DNA from: Thalia democratica | Taxonomy: Eukaryota | NCBI GenBank assembly: GCA_965202585.1 | Contig: OZ241829.1 | Location: 66,774,001 to 66,838,000, forward strand | Direction of reading: 5' to 3' | Length of the DNA: 64,000 nucleotides | Part shown: in pieces, positions 53,301-64,000 of the stretch | Position numbering within the stretch: position 1 is the stretch's first letter | Layout of the letters: every line of letters begins with the position of its first letter | Program-made: the position numbers and the translations under genes | The notes under the pieces: generated by a model | What the model was told of the DNA's origin: nothing | Databases searched by the model: none | The model's input: the letters and a program-made list of their open reading frames with translations, nothing else

Positions 53301-53509
53301 TAAATTAAATTAGATTTAATCCTATGATAATACTAACTTGCTTCATTTTCAAACTTTCTTTCAATCCAACACTCGGTATTGTTCGGATAAGTTCTGTTGA
53401 TGCTTTCAGTAAACCTCTCATGACACTGAATCACGTCATCGGGATCATTGTCACTTACAGCACGGCTTGAAGACAGCAGAACGACAAAAAGCAAACTTAA
53501 AATTTTCAT
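50389..53509 (-). CDS. IL-17 receptor-like single-pass membrane protein with SEFIR domain (405 aa)
   Basis: Six phase-consistent exons: 53338-53509, 52953-53057, 52494-52615, 51332-51488, 51079-51183, 50389-50945 (exon-4 donor least certain). Signal peptide MKILSLLFVVLLSSSRA; TM LLILLYSICAVIMFVTVGLIYFYF; cytoplasmic RLVILVSSG...SLARNL...RFVLYLS...DEFVVGTRSLL...VYVVFDS...CYDLSKEF resembles SEFIR (KVWIIYS...KIIVLCS...DLFTAAMNMIL...YVVCYF...RYPLMDRF). Confidence 0.8.
52134..52452. mobile_element. hAT-type MITE in intron 3 of the SEFIR gene
   Basis: CAGAGG... and ...CCGACCGCTG termini, GCGGCCCGC/GCGGCTCAC subterminal motifs, 8-bp TSD GACTAAAT (52126-52133) / GACTAAGT (52453-52460). Confidence 0.75.
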
Positions 53510-56500
53510 CTGTTTTGTTGAATTACTTAAACTGTGTGTAAACTTCTTTTTTAATTGTTTTATAACATAAAGCTTTTATGCTTCTAAAAACTGACTGGTT
53601 ATCAATATTTTTTTCTGTTTTATGAACTAAAGTATTAAAATTTTAAAATTAAACTTTTCTGTCAGGCTTAACGCATAGCTATTTGAATATAAGTGCTCCA
53701 CTGTATTTTACGGTTTAGATATGTTTTCCATCCTTGACCTCAATAATCAATAGTATTAAAATCAATACTGCATTACTTAAAACTGAAAACTTAGCTTCTG
53801 TTCAGAAATATTTATTTGAACATAGATTTTAAAAAGAAAGTTACCGTTGTTTTAACTAGCAGTACAGCTCAAGTCGTGCAGACCTGCTTAACAAATTTTT
53901 AACATAAACTTACAAACTTTAAGTATTTTACTTTAAAAAAGTTTAACGTTTCTCAATTAAAGTTGTTTACTCTAAACTAAAAACTGAAAATTTAAATATA
54001 ACTTTTTCACTTCACAGCGTAACTAAGATAATTTTATCGTTTTGGCAAATAACTATTGGATATTTTAACCTAAAACTTTGTATGTTGGATATACTTTTAA
54101 CTTTGTGTAAAAAAGTGTTATAGTAGTAAGTAGTCTACGAATAATTAAAAATCCTTTTAATTGTGTGATAGCATTTAGTTTTTATTAAACAAAACAAGAA
54201 AATTATGTTTATTTGTTGGATAAAAAGATAATTTATTTTGTTTTTATCACAAGATGCTTGATTATCGTATAAAAAACTAAGCATGATTTAAAATATATAA
54301 TAGAAAAACACACCGTATGTAATTATTGCGTAGTATCAAAAAAATACAAGTAACCTAAAACTTTAACTATGTTAGAAACAAAAGCAAGAAACAAACTATC
54401 GTACTTAAATGTTTATCTAAAGTTATTCAATAAATTAGTTTAAATTTATATCATTTATTTAAAAAAAAATCATCAACAGGACACATAAACTAAGCTATCA
54501 AAGCAAACACTTTAAATAATTGTTTAAAAACTATCAACTTATATAAAAATGCTCTACTTTAAGCTTTATGTACTGTTAATTTAATTAAATAACAAACTAC
54601 GTTACAAAAAAAATATTTTGGGTTTAATCAAAACTACTTCTTTCTAACAAATAAGTATGTTCAATAAAAGGTGTTATAATAAACTCTAAGTTAGTTTATG
54701 TTTAAACTAAGAAAAAGACTAATTACAAAAAAGCATTTTATAAAACTATAAATCAAATGTCATTTCTTTAGATATTCTTACATTAACTAATTTCTACAAT
54801 GTAGCAAAAAGCTATATGCAAATAGAAAAAGAAGAAGGCTTTTTGTAAACAGCTTGGAATTATGCGGATATTTCATTGGCACTCAAATGAAAAACCTTTT
54901 TTCTTTTTCTTAGCAAACCACAACACGCGTTTCTCAACAACTATCAAACTTGAACGAAGTGCATTTGCTTCACATATAAGCTTCACGTGCTGTAAACTTT
55001 TACATAAAAAGCTCAATATGCTAAACTTGAATGATTTAACTTATGAGTTTTGTTAGTATGACTAAAAATACGTTATTCTGTTAACTATTTATTTCCGATG
55101 TTCGTAAGTTTTTAAGAAAAAATGTATAAAAGTGTAAGTTATGTTAATTGCTTTTTTTTATGGTTTAAAATTGTTTGTTTTATGTAAATATTTACTCACA
55201 AAGCATTTTATAAGTATATATAAGTTTCATTACTTTTTATTTAGTTGATAGTTGATTTCTTAACTAAAAAACTGAAACAAATTAGCAAATAAACAAGTGA
55301 AATTTTTTATTACTTCGAAATTTAAATATGTTTGTTAACTTTTTATGGCAGTACAGAATACTTAATAAACAATATTCTAAAAGCATTTAAAAGTGTTGTA
55401 CCATGAACAACAAAAGTATAAGCTACAAATCAGCTTTAAACACCAAATACAAGACTTTTAATGAATTGTATAAAGTTAGCATTATGCTAGCAAGTTGATG
55501 GCACAATTTTTTTGGTTTATAACCAACATAATTCTTAAGTCTAGTTAGCTATAACTCTAACAAGCGTAATACTACAAACTTAATGAATGTAATTTTTAGA
55601 TTATAGTTGAAATTTTTTTTTTCTAAAGCAAAACATAAAAAAAAATAAGCTAGACAAATGTTTAAGTTTATTTACTTTGCTGTCTATCTTTACTGCTCAT
55701 TTTAGATTGAATTTGACATATATTTGCTCACTAGTTATGAATAAATTTAATTCCTCACGTTAATTTTACTGTAAAAAAAACGTTTAAAAATTTTATATGC
55801 ATAAAGTTAATAACCGTTACTATTCTGCAACGTTGCGGTTATGTCTGCAACTATTTGCATATAACTTAAGCTAGAGCTTAATTTCACCGAACTTCTACTT
55901 TATGCTTTTATAACTAGTCTGTACAGAGTTGACTGTAAAGATTAAATAACATATGTACAGTGTTATAGATAAGAAAAACATGTGTCAAAACATTGTAAGA
56001 CAAAATCCCTTGAGAATTAACCATGCTTTTTAAATAAGCTTGTAAAATTCTTTTGTACTTTAAAACTTATTGGTCTTGTAAACTTTTTTTTTGATTTAAC
56101 TTTTTTCGTAGAAAAAAAGAATATTTAAAATGTCCTAGAATTAATCTGCTCATTTAAAAGAAACTAAACAACTAGTATATCTTCTTTTTTTAGTTACTTG
56201 CTTGAAGTTTGCTAAAAGCTGAATAACATTTTAAAATTTTAAGTTTTTATCTTACCAACTTTTTTAGTTTGTTTAGACTTTTATGAACTTTTCTAATTAA
56301 CTAAAAATATTTGGAAAAGTTTGGTATGGTGGTGAAATTCTCATCAGGTTTTTACGAAGTTTATGCAGCTACTTGAACCTTAGAAAGCATTTATAACAAA
56401 AACGTTTTGTGAAAACTTAAGTTAATAAGAATAACTGCTGACCTTTAACAACAAGAAAATGTTTTTTTGAATAAAAACTATAATGAGTCGAACTAAGTTA

Positions 56501-57716
56501 TTGTTTTACTATAATTCCTTCAAGACACTTTAATTAACAGTAATTATAAACAAATCGGAAAACACAAATAGTTGTTTAATTACTTTACATTTCAAGTAAA
56601 TATAAGTTATGAACGTTTTCATTTCGTTTATCCCTATGAAATTACATTTGTAACAATATTAATAAAAAAATTATAAGTATTTATAACATAAGAAAATATT
56701 AGAATTATTGTATCTACGATTACCTTGGTAGACTAAAATAAAAAAATTGACGAATGGCATAATCACCATAAGATTTTTTAGTAATAAAATATTTATTTTT
56801 GAATTTGGGAAAGAAATAGACCTTGTGAGAAAAAATAGATGAAAAGAGCAAACATATTTAAAACAAATCAATGAAAATTTATTCGTGAATGAAAACCTAC
56901 AACAAATTGATTTGTTGTAAAAATTTTAAATACTACATAATTAAAAAAAATACTTTTCAAACATTCAAATTTGAATAACTTCAAATTTAGACAGATAAAT
57001 TAGATCAATAAAAACGTTAAAAATCTAACACGTTATGAACTATTAGTTAAAGTTTATTAAAGTTTATTTACAAATATACAAGTATGGCTTACAATTAATT
57101 TTGCGTTTAATTCACATTGAAAAAAAAATCTAAGATTGGCATTAGAAATTGCTTACACGAAACATAGTTTGAAGTTTTTAAAGTTTAAAAATCATTAATT
57201 AGAAAAAAAGTCAAGGTAAAATTGAAAAGGCTTTACAAAATTTTGGACCATGGTACAATAAATGGAAAAAGTAAAAAAAAAAAGAATCATTCTATAATCA
57301 TACTTATAAGTTTAACTAGGTAATTTTTTTTTTTTGCATCACCATCACAATTGAAACATATGTAAAATTAGCGTTTGTTTTTTAATGAGTATAATTTAAG
57401 ATATGCATCATAGCACAGTTTTTAAATCCATTTTGTTAACTATGAATTTACACTAAACTAAAAGAAAAACTAGTAAATACACAGTAAACTAACAAATAAT
57501 TTTTTTTGCAACTTAGTTAAGACAAACACAAGTAAAACTAATTATACATTGAAGTTTACATATATTTACACAAAACACTTTATTTTAAGTGCATGTATTT
57601 GTTCGTTAAAAAAATCTAACAACATAACGTTTTAATTACAACAAAAAATCTGCTGAATCAGCAGTATTTCTTAAAAAGACATGATTCAGCAATTATTTTG
57701 TTTACATGCCATTTTG

Positions 57717-60700
57717 TTATTCTAGAAAAGTAGATCTTTTTATAGTAGAAGCGGACCCTGTTGAATCTTCAGCGAGATTTCTTCTAAAACTCATCATCGC
57801 ATCCCCTGTTGATAAATAGAAAATAATTGACTAAATTCAATTGTTTTTTGATCATTTAAACATTAATCCTACAGTTCAATTTATTCTTTTTTATTTTATT
57901 TAATGAGCATTTATTGTTTCTATATCAGCTATTAAAGCGTGAGAGGATAAAATAAACTTCAGTATAATTTATTTATTATATCATAACAATTGGTTTGTCC
58001 GTTGTTTAAACTTAAATATTAATATTTGATAAACATTTTTTTGAAATCGTAAACATTCATGAGTCACTTTATAGATTATTTCTACATCAGCTGTTGAAAA
58101 ATAATTAATACCTATTTAAATAAATAAAAATATTAAGCCTTGTATTTCTTAATATATCTTAACCATTGATTTGCCCGATGTTTAATCTTTTATATAATAC
58201 CTACTAAAACTTATTGTAAATTATAAATATTTCTTAAGTTATTTAATAAATTACCATCATATCAAATCTTAAAAAAATAAGAGAAAAAAACTTCAAAACT
58301 TATTTTTATTATGTTATAACCATTTAAACGCCCGTTGTTTAAACTGATAATATTTTTTAGAACATTGTTAAAGTTATACAACTTTTAAGTTTACAGATGA
58401 CAATCATATTAGTTCTCAAAAAACAATATTCACAAGTAAATAAAAAAATTCAAGCCTTGTTTTAGGGGTCTGACGGGCGGTGGCGCCCCGGAGGCCCTCC
58501 TCACCCTCCGGTATCCCTCTCCAACGGGTCTCTTCACCCGGAAGTCCGGCTCGTATTCCCCCAGCGAGTTGTTCCTCCTCCCGTGGTGCTGGTACCTGCC
58601 TCCGTTGTATACAAAGTCTATAGTTTCCTGCGTGGCGCGCGGTTTGCTCCCCCGCCGGGCTGCTTGCTCCAGGGAGGCGGAAGGCTGATGTTACGCCATG
58701 AAGTTTAAATTTTGTACACATAAGAGGCTGAAGTTTAATGTTAAAATGACTGCTTTACCAACGTTCATGCAGATTTAAAAATAGTTTTTTGTTTTGTTAT
58801 TACGTATTAAAGTACGAAATCCGAAGCTTGTTTTAGTGAAGAAAAGGCTGTGGTGACGTCATAATGTTAAAAGAAGGGATTCAAAATTTTTGCATAAGAA
58901 ATCTCAGTCTGTTTTATTAAACGGTTTTCAAAGTGTTTTTGTATGGTTTTGTGACGTAAATGAGTTTCTTTTTCTTTTTTCTTTTATTTTGATAAACCTC
59001 AAAACCATGTTTTCTGATTAAATACTTGGGAACCAAAGTTTTCCTTAAAAAAAAATTAAATATTTACATACGCTTGTTTATGCTTAATCATTGATGAGAA
59101 TTTATCCTAAATGTATAAAAAAATATGCTGATACTATTATTATATTGTTTTTTGTGCAATGTTGGACTCAGGCATCGAAACCTGAGCCACTTAAACTGGA
59201 CACACAATGAGAAAAGTAAAGATAAAATAAAATACGTAAATACAAAATGTTAAACAAATTGAAAAAAAGCTCTTTAATAAGTTTAAAAACGATAACTTTG
59301 TACATACAAACAGATTTGTACAAAATAATTAAAAGTAAATAAAAATTCTGTTAGGGGGAGGCGTAGGAAAATAAAACTAACTAATATTACAAATAGATAA
59401 ATCGAAAGTTCACTAGTTAATCAATAGATTTATTTATTTTACTGTATTGTTTTGTGGAAAGTTACTGAATTTTATTGATATTTATACTATTTTAATTAAA
59501 TCTCTTTAGCTTTAACGAAAATGTTCCACCCTCTCACACGATACCACATCCTATGGAAACTTGTTCCACATAGTCTTTGCTTTGTGATAAAACAAACCAT
59601 GCCACTGACTGTTGTTAAAATTGCGTTTACATTTTATGTTTCTATTATTTCCTCTTAACCGGTATCTATTATGTGAAAAACTGAAAAATTTACTAAAAAA
59701 AACTTTATAATTGCCATTAATAATTTCATAAAGCCTTAATAAGTCAAACTCTCATCTTCTATATTCCAGAAATCTCAATTCAAGTTTAACCAATCTATCA
59801 TTATATGATGTATTGGATATGTTACAGCAACTACATACTTAAATTTCTTTGCACAGATTTCTTTGCACAAATTCAATTTTGTCAATGGTTTTTTTTTAAA
59901 CAGGGTGACCAAATTTCGGTTTTGTATTCAAGCGTAGGAAGAACGTATATCATAAATAGTTTTGTCAGAATAGTAGCTGCATTAGTTTTAATTTTTTTTG
60001 ATATTTGATAGGTTGAAACTTGTGCAGCATTATATGAATAATGTATGTGTTCGTTCCATTTTAATTTTTCATAGATATATGTTCCTAAACTCTTAAAAAC
60101 TTTAACTTTTAATATCTTAACGTTATTTATTAATAGGTCAATCGGTTCAAACTTTTTTGTTTTTCTTAATAGTTAGACTTTTACATATTTTAGTATTTAA
60201 TTTGAATTTTATTGTTTTAGCCATTTGGAGATATTATCTAGATTAGATTTTAAAGAGGTATTTGTCTTACTAAATTTTTTGTACTATCTTCAAGTAAATC
60301 ATATCACTTTTAATATCAATGTTTGAACTAATATTGTTAATGTAAATTAAAAAAAAGGGGGACCAATTATATTACCTTGTGGTACTCAACTGTATATTGA
60401 TAAAGGGGCTGACAGCGTATCATTTAATGACCACCCTTTATAAACTCCAAATTAAAAAAAAACTATTGAGCCATTTTACTAAGGATTCATGTAGTCCATA
60501 CTGACTCAATACTTTTAATATTCGTTTGTGTTATACTGAATTGAAAGCTTTTTTAATATCCGTTTAAACTATATTTGTTTTTGAGATAAGGAGCTGTCCA
60601 TGAATGTAAGCTTGTTAATAGGTGAATGTTTGACGAGCGGTTAGGGACAAAACCAAATTATTTATCAGATAGTAAATTATACTCAAAAAGATGATTTCGA

Positions 60701-63436
60701 GTTTTTATAGATATAATGTGTTCAAAAATTCGAGAAAAGCCACTAGGTAAAGATATTGGCCTATAGTTAAACGCGTTGTGTTTGTTACCTTTCTTATATA
60801 CTGGATTGACAAAGGACATTTACCATTGCTTTGGTACTTGAGCTAATTCTATTGAGAAATTTAAATCAATGAAAGTGGAAAAATTTTTGATGAAATTGCG
60901 TACTTAATACAATAAGGCAGGATATTTTCTTGGGTTTTAATGATTTTATCTTTTAGGTTGTTAATTTAATATATACGTCTTCATAAGTTATAAAAAGCTT
61001 TGCATTTTTATACAACTTTTTTATAGTATAAATTTAAGTGATAGAAAACTATACAAACTTGTGAATTTAAAGCTAAGCTGTACCAGGAGGTGCTTTCAAG
61101 TTCAATAGGTTTATTGTTTATTGAACGACATAAAAGTATAGTCCAAGGACCTGGTATACGAAAAACCTTTCGGTTATCGAGTCATGCACCAGAACAGTTT
61201 AACGCCATGCCTAGGACCAAATTTGCTTAAACCATTTAAGAACTAGTTTAATTGTTGGGTAACATAAGAGCAAAATGAATTAAAGTGGATTAAAAGTTAT
61301 TAATCCTTAAACATTTTTTTTAGTTCAGCACAGTTTCTTTTTGTAATAAATAAACAAGCAACACAATAGCTACGTAAGACTTGAACTTTAATTAACTGTT
61401 GTGTTTCGTTAAAATTAATCTTTTTTTTTTGTTGTACGTTGTAACATAGAAAAACTGGTTACAGGAACTGTTTTAAGCTAGCTAGCGTATACTTGCAATT
61501 AATGATTTATATGAAGTTAAGAACCATCGCAAATTGTTCAAAAAGCATGTATAATTTTAACATTTTCATGTAAAATTATTGGACACAAAAAAATAGTTTT
61601 AGTATTAATTTGATCAAAATTAATAATATTTTATAAAGCTTTAATATTCAACTGTTTTAAAATCTAATTAAGATATGTTAAATGTAAGTTTTTAAATAAT
61701 ATATAGTAATTTTTTTTTTAATTTTTTAAGTCTTTCAATGACAAAAACAAAAAGCATAAAGTATGTTTAGTTTGTAAAACTAAATAATTTGTGAGTAAAA
61801 TTTTTAAACAATAAAATAAACAAAAACTTGTAAGATAACAAAACATTTAATTTCGTTGATTAGTAAAAAAATTGTTGAAAATATTAGTTTTATACGACTA
61901 AACTGTATACAGTGATTAAGTAACATTAAACTTTCTACCAAACTTGGTTAAGAGACTTAAAAAATTATAAAACTCCATTAGAGGAGATAAACAATTTCAA
62001 GTTAACGTAAAAGTTTAATCTTACCATTTCGTTCATCAGACCACAAGCCTTCGGTAGACAGAGACCCGGGTTTCGTTATTTTTTTGGTTGGAACGAAAGT
62101 TTACTTTCAATAAGAAGAAAACCCGGGTCTCAGTCTACCGATAGCTTGTGGTCTGATGATGGCAGTGGTGTGATTAAACTTTTACGTAAACTTGAAATTG
62201 TAATTTGCATAAGAAATTTAAAGCTTAGGCTTGTTAGACCTTAACCAATGATTTCTTAGGTAGTTAGCAATTTCAAACTAACATTCTTTTTTTTCATTGA
62301 TTCCATTTTAGCTCTTCTCTTCGCCTGCTCCTCTCTCACTTCCCTCCGCATTTTCACAAACACCGAGTCCTCCGAGCTCGACCTGGAGGGAGTGTTGTCG
62401 GGTTTTATAGCGATTTGGTTTATCGATCTGTAGAGTAAAATTTGTTACCAATTAAATAAGGTAAATTTTTACAGGTTTATGTGGTCCAAACAAACTTCTG
62501 CATGGATATATTCACACGCTATAACTGCGTAAGTGCCTGTGAAAGTAAAAGTTTGGCTAAAAAATTGTTAATATTACATTAAACATAGTATTGTATTTAG
62601 TTAGCTAAAAACTTTACACAAGAAAGAAAACATTTAATCTTTGTTGATATAATATAAGTAAAAAAAACAATATTTGACATGTAATACATAAATTCTTATA
62701 CTTTTCAGGGGTCTGTTGAATTGACGACCTTTCGGGCGTGGCGTCGGTCTGCGAGCTCATCTTATTAAGTGACGTCACAACGACATTCGAATCTGACGTC
62801 ACCGTTCTACTGCCTACCGCAGACGTTATTTTCGTTTCAGATGCGCCAGAGTTGGACACCCAACTGTCACTTTTGACATTGAAACTCGACAGGTCTGTGA
62901 CGACATAATCATATAAATTTCATGTTATTGTTTATATAAGATAGTTTTCGTTTATAAACGAAGATTTTATACGTGTAAATAATAGTAATAGAAACGGGCA
63001 TTTTTTTAAATTGATTTTGTTAAAATAGATTATAAATCATCATTTAAATCATTGTTTCGTTTATAGTCCCAAACTATTTTTCTACCGCGAAAAGCAAAAG
63101 TACCGAAATTTTAAACTTAGGTTAGTTTAAGTAACAAAATATTATTTCGACTAACTTATCAATATATTTATCAATATATTTATAGTTTAGTTTAATAGTT
63201 TTTCTTTATTTTTAGTTATTTTCATTTAAAAGAGACATTTTACGCTTTGTAAGTTAGTTATATTTTTAGTACATAAGCTAGAAAACTGTATGAATTAGAG
63301 TGCTCAATACTAAAGTGCTTAATTATAAAAATTTTACTCAACAATTGTTACTTTAGCTAACATTTTTTCTCCTAAAAGGATCTTTTAACATTGTTACTTG
63401 AAACCTCTGAAGATCCTTTTGAAGAAACAGTGTTAG
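57717..63436 (-). CDS. 3' portion of an unrecognised multi-exon gene (Ser/Thr-rich, short coiled coil, Arg/Gly/Tyr-rich C-terminus); continues beyond the window
   Basis: Exons 63398-63436 (tentative), 62702-62894, 62283-62427, 58684 to ~58450 (donor uncertain) and 57717-57805 have compatible phases and GC3-rich codons. Peptides include LSSFNVKSDSWVSNSGASETK, MRREVREEQAKRRAKMESMKKKN, ETIDFVYNGGRYQHHGRR and GDAMMSFRRNL...STFLE*. Confidence 0.65.
59500..60900 (-). mobile_element. Degraded CR1/L2-like LINE RT fragment
   Basis: Minus strand DIKKAFNSV.HKRIL...YGL...LVKWLNSF and VPQGNIIGP...IYINNI (RT motifs), plus an ..WNK.P.DVV-like 3' motif; many stops. Confidence 0.8.
61111..61235 (+). repeat. 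~130-bp structured interspersed repeat (copy 5, rearranged; ends in the reverse-orientation terminus CCTAGGACCAAA)
   Basis: TTATTGTTTATTGAACGACA...GTCCAAGGACCTGGTATACGAAAAACCTTTCGGTTATCGAGTCATGCACCAG...CCTAGGACCAAA. Confidence 0.7.
61991..62201. mobile_element. Fold-back (MITE-like) element, second copy of the hammerhead-bearing family
   Basis: ACAATTTCAAGTTAACGTAAAAGTTTAATC...TCATCAGACCACAAGC..TCGGTAGAC.GAGACCCGGGTTT is mirrored by AAACCCGGGTCTC.GTCTACCGA..GCTTGTGGTCTGATGA...GATTAAACTTTTACGTAAACTTGAAATTGT. Confidence 0.85.
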
Positions 63437-63444
63437 CTATTATA

Positions 63445-63557
63445 GTTCATTGAACGACAAGAAAAAAACGTTAAAAGTTGTTTGTCCTAAGACCTTGTGC
63501 CTTCCAATTATCGAGTTGAACACCAAGGAAACCTTTTAACGTCTTGTCCAGGACAGC
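63445..63557 (+). repeat. ~130-bp structured interspersed repeat (copy 6)
   Basis: TTGAACGACAAG...TTTGTCCTAAGACCTTGTGC...TTATCGAGTTGAACACCAAGGAAACCTTTTAACGTCTTGTCCAGGACAGC. Confidence 0.75.
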
Positions 63558-64000
63558 TAAAGTAGTAATCGTTGAATAAAACTTTTATATATTCTTGGTA
63601 ATATAGTTTTTAAATATTTCAAATTAGAAATTACAAAAATTAAGTCTTTTGATTCTAAAAGCAATTAAAAAACTTAAGTAAGTAAGTAAAAAATGTGCAA
63701 CACACACAATAGTTAAGTGCAATAGATAGTTAAGGGCTTAATAGTCAAGTGCCATACAAGCACTTAATTGATTAAAGAATTTCCTTTTATAGTTGAAATA
63801 AATTTAACAAGCTGAGTTTATAACAAAAAAAATTGCTTATTTGTTTTTGTTTTATATAAATTTTCTCTTTTGAAGTAGCTTTAATATTCAGTGTAGTGTT
63901 TTTTTGATGCATTCTGTGTAAGGTTTGTTCGATTTTAGTTTTTGAAAGTTAAAGTTATTTTGCATAACTAAATTAAACATAAAAATTATTCTAACTTTTA

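Noticed and set aside
5140-53520. AG acceptors just upstream of start codons (TTTTGCAG|CATG at 5157, ACAG|ATG at 53510) as evidence of SL trans-splicing or an operon of co-oriented genes
   Set aside because: Cannot be distinguished from ordinary 5'-UTR introns, and intergenic distances of 4-12 kb are too long for an operon.
58450-58684. Neuropeptide precursor (GRR, KR and RR sites)
   Set aside because: It is an internal exon of a larger Ser/Thr-rich protein, with no visible signal peptide and no repeated peptide units.
760-60008. Many short ORFs in the supplied track (e.g. 760-942, 19592-19843, 23053-23238, 27618-27827, 28583-28783, 30123-30332, 42496-42720, 49539-49730, 54862-55056, 56671-56871) and antisense ORFs over exons
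   Set aside because: F/L/K/I-biased translations of AT-rich non-coding DNA, or shadows of GC-rich exons; no domain similarity or splice support.

Overview
Very AT-rich (roughly 25% GC by eye) genomic DNA from an intron-containing invertebrate animal; the species cannot be fixed from sequence alone. Four spliced protein-coding genes were reconstructed by hand on the minus strand with phase-consistent GT-AG junctions. (1) A FoxP transcription factor (C2H2 finger, zipper, forkhead; about 15.1-22.6 kb). (2) A FAF1-like UAS-coiled coil-UBX p97 adaptor whose UBA/UBL N-terminus appears replaced by a basic tail with an HMGN-type RRSARLS motif and a SIM-like motif (33.2-38.0 kb). (3) A compact IL-17-receptor-like signal peptide-ectodomain-TM-SEFIR protein (50.4-53.5 kb). 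(4) The 3' part of an unrecognised Ser/Thr-rich gene running off the window end. At 4.2-8.1 kb lies an intronless, pseudogenised chimera of a CPSF6/7-type RRM and a divergent CUL3-like cullin, split by a duplication-inversion and preceded by a 140-bp tandem array. Mobile DNA includes two Penelope-like elements, two CR1/L2-like LINE fragments, several hAT-like and other MITEs, six copies of a structured ~130-bp repeat, and two copies of a fold-back element whose long inverted arms each carry an outward-facing minimal hammerhead-ribozyme motif. The most promising leads are the RRM-cullin chimera, the hammerhead-bearing fold-back family and the rewired FAF1-like adaptor.
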